A model generated the notes under the pieces. That model searched no databases. It saw nothing but the letters and a program-made list of their open reading frames with translations, and had not been told where the DNA came from. Shown piece by piece: positions 59,558-64,000 of a stretch of DNA of 64,000 bases. The position numbers were made by a program, and so were the translations under genes. The DNA is from an uncultured Acidobacteriota bacterium (lineage in GTDB: Bacteria; Acidobacteriota; Thermoanaerobaculia; Multivoradales; JAHEKO01): positions 350,272-414,271 of the forward strand of contig CAVQNG010000001.1 of assembly GCA_963713825.1 (NCBI GenBank), written 5' to 3'. The stretch's first letter is position 1, and the number at the start of each line of letters is the position of its first letter.

Positions 59558-62011
59558 TCAGAGTAGCTCATGAGGATCGACGTCGACAACCAGATCACCC
59601 GGGACGGAATCCGGCAGCGCTTCCCGGACCAGCTCACGAAGGCGGCTGCCCGAGGTACTCCGGAGAAGCAGCTGGAAACGCCACTTTCCACGCAGTCTCT
59701 CGAACGGTGCCGGTGCCGGCCCTGAGATTCGCACACCGCTCGCCAACGGGTGTCGCTGGAGGGCCTGCGCGATCTCGTCCATGGTTCTCTCGGCCCTCTG
59801 GCGATGGGTGTCTCGAAGCAGAAGCTGAACCATCCGGGTGTACGGGGGGTAGTGGAATATCCGTCGGTAGCGCATCTCTTCCCGTGCGAACAGCTCGTCG
59901 TCGTGATTCAGCGCTGCCTGAATTGCGTAGTGTTCCGGATGGTACGTTTGAATGACGACCTTGCCGGGACGATCTCCTCGGCCGGCCCGGCCTGCGAGCT
60001 GAGTCAGGAGGTTATAGGTGCGCTCCACTGCCCTGAAATCCGGGAAGCCCAGGTAGGTATCCGCCAAGAGCACACCGGCCAGTGCGACCCTCGGAAAGTG
60101 GTGGCCCTTGGACACCATCTGCGTGCCGATCAAGACCTGAGTCTCACCATTGGCGAACCGCTCGAGAACCGCGGCAGCCTCTCCACGACGGCGAGAGGCA
60201 TCCCTGTCCAGAACTCCTACCGAGACCCCTGGGTAGAGCTCTTGGAAGGACTCCTCCACTCTCTCTGTTCCTGCACCGATTGCTTCGAGTGCCTCTTCCT
60301 CGCAGGTGGGACAGGCAGTCGGAACTGCGACTCGAGATCCGCAGTAGTGACAGCGCAGAACGGACTCCTTGCGGTGATAGGTTCGAGGCAGGCCGCAATC
60401 ATCACAGCGCATGTCTTCACCACAGGCTCGACACAAGAGCACCGGGGAATAGCCGCGACGGTTGCGCAGCAGGATGATCTGGTCACCGGCAGCAAGGCTC
60501 GAGTCGATTTCTTCCCGTAGACGCTGCGAGAAATGGACTTCTCCAGGGCGGCGCGACAGGCCCTCCTGACGCAGGTCGACGAGCACTCCCTCAGGCAAGG
60601 CCCCCTGCCCCACCCGCTCTGACAGGCGAAGTGATCGAAGCTTGCCCACCTCGAGGTTGTGCCTCGCTTCGAGGCTGGGGGTGGCGGAGACCAGTGCCAC
60701 GACCGCACCTTGTTGGTAAGCCCGAAGCAGGCTCACGTCCCGCCCGTGGTACCGGGGTACATGATCCTGCTTGTACGACGAATCCTGTTCCTCATCCACG
60801 ACCACCAGGCGGAGGTCCCTGACCGGGCTGAAGATTGCCGAGCGGGGACCCAAGACCACTTGTGCTTCACCAGAACGAATCCTCTCCCACTCCTGGTGAC
60901 GCTCCGAAGGGGACATTGCTGAATGCAGAATCGCAGTTCGCTGCCCGAATCGCTCGCGGGCTGCCCGGGCGAGTGCTGGAACCAAAGCGATCTCCGGGAC
61001 GAGAATAATGACGGTTCCGCCATCCCTGAGGACCGATTCTGCCGCTCGAAGGTAGACCTCGGTTTTCCCCGAGCCCGTGATACCGGCCAGCAGGAAAGCA
61101 CCGTAGGTGCGCGAATCCAGCGCTTCGAGCAGGCCATCTACGGCGAGCTGCTGATCTCGTCGAAGCTCGAAAGGAACCGCGCTCTCGTCGGTGGGAAGCA
61201 CATGGTCGTCGAGCGAGAGTCGCGACACCTGGGTGAAAGTTCTCAACACGCCCAGCTTGATCAGACGACGCACCACGGCCGAGGTGCAACCCACCGCCTC
61301 TGATATCTCGCTGAAGGTTGCGGGGCGCCCCAGGGCGGACAGGTAGTTGACCACCGCCTTTCCAGGCTTCGACCTACCACAGCTCTCGAGCAAGCTCTCG
61401 AGGTCGCCTTGCGCCAACTCCACCGCTGACTGATACCGGCCTCTCGAGCCGGCCCCTCGCGACCTGATCTCGACTCTACCTGCGGCGATCATTCGGTCGA
61501 GGGCGTTGCGGAAACCCTCCCCTCCCAGTTGCGCTGCCAGTTCTCCAACACGGCGGGCTTCTCCGCCGCGCAGGGCCTCGGTGATTTCCTGCTCGGTGGC
61601 CCCAGATGGCTGCATCAGGGCACCCGCATCAGTCAGCTTGATTCGGCCGTCGCCCCAACTCGATAGCTCCGGAGGCAACATCGTCCTCACGACATCTCCC
61701 GGCGGCGCCATGTAGTAGTCCGAAAGTGTCTTCGACAGCTCCAACAACTCGGGGCTCAAAACGGGAGATCGATCTAGGACCTCCAGGATCGGTCGTAGCG
61801 TTACTCCCTCCGGAGCAGAGCTCTGGTGGCCGAGAATCACCCCGACCATTCGTTTTCGAGCCACCTGCACCCGGACCCGGACTCCTGGCACTGCAAGCTC
61901 AGCGAGACTCGCCGGGACCGAATACGTTAGCGCTTGATGGAGTGGAACGGGAACGGCGACCTGGACCAGGGGCTGCTGAGATATAGGCTGGGAACTCATT
62001 CCACTGACCAC
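59558..62011 (-). CDS. priA: Primosomal protein N'
   Basis: GITGSGKTEVY, DEEQ, SATPS, Cys zinc motifs, QLAGRAGR. Confidence 0.96.
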   Translation of the reverse strand: MVSGMSSQPISQQPLVQVAVPVPLHQALTYSVPASLAELAVPGVRVRVQVARKRMVGVILGHQSSAPEGVTLRPILEVLDRSPVLSPELLELSKTLSDYYMAPPGDVVRTMLPPELSSWGDGRIKLTDAGALMQPSGATEQEITEALRGGEARRVGELAAQLGGEGFRNALDRMIAAGRVEIRSRGAGSRGRYQSAVELAQGDLESLLESCGRSKPGKAVVNYLSALGRPATFSEISEAVGCTSAVVRRLIKLGVLRTFTQVSRLSLDDHVLPTDESAVPFELRRDQQLAVDGLLEALDSRTYGAFLLAGITGSGKTEVYLRAAESVLRDGGTVIILVPEIALVPALARAARERFGQRTAILHSAMSPSERHQEWERIRSGEAQVVLGPRSAIFSPVRDLRLVVVDEEQDSSYKQDHVPRYHGRDVSLLRAYQQGAVVALVSATPSLEARHNLEVGKLRSLRLSERVGQGALPEGVLVDLRQEGLSRRPGEVHFSQRLREEIDSSLAAGDQIILLRNRRGYSPVLLCRACGEDMRCDDCGLPRTYHRKESVLRCHYCGSRVAVPTACPTCEEEALEAIGAGTERVEESFQELYPGVSVGVLDRDASRRRGEAAAVLERFANGETQVLIGTQMVSKGHHFPRVALAGVLLADTYLGFPDFRAVERTYNLLTQLAGRAGRGDRPGKVVIQTYHPEHYAIQAALNHDDELFAREEMRYRRIFHYPPYTRMVQLLLRDTHRQRAERTMDEIAQALQRHPLASGVRISGPAPAPFERLRGKWRFQLLLRSTSGSRLRELVREALPDSVPGDLVVDVDPHELL

Positions 62012-62019
62012 TCGACCGA

Positions 62020-62064
62020 TGTTACCTGTGCCCCTGTTACTTGTACCCCTGTTACCTGTACCCT
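62020..62064. repeat. 15-bp tandem repeat, three copies
   Basis: TGTTACCTGTGCCCC / TGTTACTTGTACCCC / TGTTACCTGTACCCT. Confidence 0.9.
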
Positions 62065-62100
62065 AAACAAGAAAAGGCCGCCCAACTCATGGGCGGCCTG
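62065..62100 (-). terminator. Intrinsic terminator of carD
   Basis: AGGCCGCCCA..TGGGCGGCCT followed by TTTCTTGTTT on the minus strand. Confidence 0.85.
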
Positions 62101-62132
62101 ATGATGCGCTCGTGACGGACCTTCGCTGGACG

Positions 62133-62651
62133 CTAACAGGCCTCTACTTCGGCCAGGCGCTTTTCCATGCTGGATTCCAGCGCTCTTTCGACCTGCTTCT
62201 CGGCCTCGATCTCTTCGATCTTCTTGACGTGCGCCACTTCACTGACGATGAAGTACTTGGCCCGCTCGTACATCTTCTTCTCGCGAAAGGAGAGGCTCTT
62301 CTTGCTGCTCACCAGTCTGAGGTTCTTCAGGACCTTGGCCACTTCGGTGAGCTGCCCGGTCTTCATCTTGTCCAGATTCTGCTTGTAGCGACCCTTCCAG
62401 TCCTTGTAGGTATCGATGTCCCCGTTTCTGAGAGTCGTGAACAACCCCCGGATCTTCGTGGTCGGGCAAAGTGCCCGCAATCCGACGAGATCCAGGTTCT
62501 CTTTGGGGACCATCACCTTGGAATTATTGGAAAGAAGACGCAGATGGTAGTAGGTCTGCTCGACTCCTGCGATCGAGCCCCTTTCGATCTTTTCCACAAC
62601 GCTGACCCCGTGGTTGGGGTACACGACCTTTTGTCCGATCTTGAATGCCAC
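62133..62651 (-). CDS. carD: CarD/CdnL transcription factor
   Basis: FKIGQKVVYPNHGV; conserved Trp in DWKGRY. Confidence 0.93.
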   Translation of the reverse strand: MAFKIGQKVVYPNHGVSVVEKIERGSIAGVEQTYYHLRLLSNNSKVMVPKENLDLVGLRALCPTTKIRGLFTTLRNGDIDTYKDWKGRYKQNLDKMKTGQLTEVAKVLKNLRLVSSKKSLSFREKKMYERAKYFIVSEVAHVKKIEEIEAEKQVERALESSMEKRLAEVEAC

Positions 62652-62737
62652 GTATATAGCTCCCTTTCGAAGATTCTCGGTCGAAAATGCTGTTCGGGTC
62701 GTGTAAATGCCTGATTAGCATTTACTTAGGCTTACAG

Positions 62738-62766
62738 ATGGTACGCTAGAATCGCTGTTTTGTCAA
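62738..62766 (-). promoter_or_regulatory. Sigma70 promoter of carD (TTGACA-17-TACCAT)
   Basis: Consensus -35 and 17-nt spacer. Confidence 0.75.
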
Positions 62767-62896
62767 CCCCTAGCAGGCCAAACTACCCTTCCGGAGCTGA
62801 CTATCTGAAACAAAACGTAACATCGAGTGCCAGATTGGCAGTCCGAGTAGAGACTGCCAAAACAACGTTAATACCGATTCTGAGGGCCTAAAACCG

Positions 62897-62925
62897 TTGA
62901 CTCCCCTTAGACGAAAGCCTAGGAT
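62897..62925 (+). promoter_or_regulatory. Sigma70 promoter of tRNA-Leu (TTGACT-17-TAGGAT)
   Basis: Near-consensus boxes ending 27 nt before the tRNA. Confidence 0.7.
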
Positions 62926-62952
62926 TCTCGGTGCCAGACAAGCTCACTCCAT

Positions 62953-63038
62953 GCCGGAGTGGCGGAATGGAAGACGCAGCGGACTCAAAATCCGCCGGTA
63001 GCAATACCGTGGGGGTTCGAATCCCCCCTCCGGCACCA
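62953..63038 (+). tRNA. tRNA-Leu(CAA)
   Basis: Acceptor GCCGGAG/CTCCGGC; anticodon arm GCGGA-CTCAAAA-TCCGC; long variable arm; GTTCGAATC; encoded CCA. Confidence 0.96.
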
Positions 63039-63242
63039 ATCAGACGCTCCCCGACTCGGAGAACAGATTCCTGCCCGTTGGGTTCGTCGTTCTGTCCACT
63101 CCGGGCCGCCAGCAGGGCATTTTGGAGACCGACCGCTGGAAATGCCCCAAGAACGTTTAGCACTATTTCATCGAATTCCGGCAACGGGCCGATCGAGAGG
63201 ACGGAGTCCAACCCCACTGCAGATCGGAGCGCAGGATGGTTC

Positions 63243-64000
63243 TCACCAAAGCGACCAACGCCCTGTTGTCGCGACAAAAATCGCGATTGCGAGATTTGCC
63301 AGTCCATGCACGACCACTGCGTCTACGAGCCGGCCTCGTCGGTAGTAGGCAAGAGCGAACAGCACTCCGGCGAGCGTTCCTGCAATCCAACGCTGATGAA
63401 ACAAACCGAATGCTAGAGAGGATATGACTAAGGAGAACCAAGTTAGGGCCCCAGGGCGCACCACTTCGAAGTCACTCGAGATCAATCGACGCGTCAGGTA
63501 TCCCCTGAAGGCCAGTTCCTCGGCTGCAGGCACGACAAGAACAGCTCCGACGAGCCTGAAGAAGACCCAGACCGACGCCACGACAAGAGGAGTCTCAGCC
63601 AGAGCCTCAGCGGGATCGAACCCGACCTGGTCGCTGGTTTGAAGCAGCCCGATTCCGATCCACATCACGGCAACGATCAGACTCAAGACCAGGTTGACGG
63701 GATTGACGAGACTCTCCTTGATCCGTTGTCGGGACAGCCCACGCCAGTAGGCCCACAGCACGGCCCCGGTGCCAATCACACGGACCGGATAGAGCCAATC
63801 GAATCCGTCGGAGAAGGCGGCAGTGACCATCCCCAGAGCCATCCAGACAACAAACGGCAGTAGGTGACTCGCCTCAGGTTGGGTCAAGCCTCGAGCCCGC
63901 TGGACTTGCGGCCTCTTCGACAAGAACCTGGAGTGATTCGCAGCCGTGGCTAGTCCGAGCGAGACTGCAAGGAATGACAGCCAGCCCACTTGAGAGTGGA
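63243..64000 (-). CDS. Exosortase/CAAX (CPBP) protease fusion, XrtE-like; 5' part outside window
   Basis: Frame open to the window edge (HSQVGWLSF, like an exosortase C-terminal motif), followed by CPBP motifs EELAFRG, FGLFH, HGLAN. Confidence 0.75.
   Translation of the reverse strand, partial: HSQVGWLSFLAVSLGLATAANHSRFLSKRPQVQRARGLTQPEASHLLPFVVWMALGMVTAAFSDGFDWLYPVRVIGTGAVLWAYWRGLSRQRIKESLVNPVNLVLSLIVAVMWIGIGLLQTSDQVGFDPAEALAETPLVVASVWVFFRLVGAVLVVPAAEELAFRGYLTRRLISSDFEVVRPGALTWFSLVISSLAFGLFHQRWIAGTLAGVLFALAYYRRGRLVDAVVVHGLANLAIAIFVATTGRWSLW

Noticed and set aside
4810-60520. Many long alternative-frame ORFs (e.g. 4810-6216, 6702-8132, 16861-18141, 21795-22988, 52725-53894)
   Set aside because: They overlap well-supported genes and lack motifs, as expected in high-GC DNA
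62020-62064. CRISPR array
   Set aside because: Contiguous 15-bp repeats without spacers, and no cas genes

Overview
GC-rich bacterial chromosomal window, probably Acidobacteriota or a relative (inferred from fused lptF-lptG, a long LptC/LptA protein, carD and the rpoN-hpf-ptsN-hprK-rapZ-IIA-HPr-EI block). The left ~28 kb is metabolic/accessory: a VCBS-repeat protein, cspA with a structured terminated leader, a GH109/symporter/GHMP-kinase/nucleotidyltransferase operon, a Tat-linked DUF362-polyferredoxin operon, a tandem FKBP, a selenocysteine formate dehydrogenase (UGA plus SECIS), IcmF, a single-chain MutA-MutB-like mutase and MeaB. The remainder is mostly core: nusB, lptE, rpsT, tol-pal, etfBA, lpt genes, miaB, recJ, accA, priA, carD, tRNA-Leu(CAA) and a partial exosortase/CAAX protease. 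The most striking signal is a XerCD dif-like site (41863-41890) 49 bp downstream of a parA-parB operon. That ParB has a divergent DNA-recognition region, and the operon's upstream region carries a perfect palindrome with parS geometry but a different core (TGTCGGCGCGCCGACA). This is a candidate terminus-linked ParABS-like system. All calls were made by eye, without database searches.
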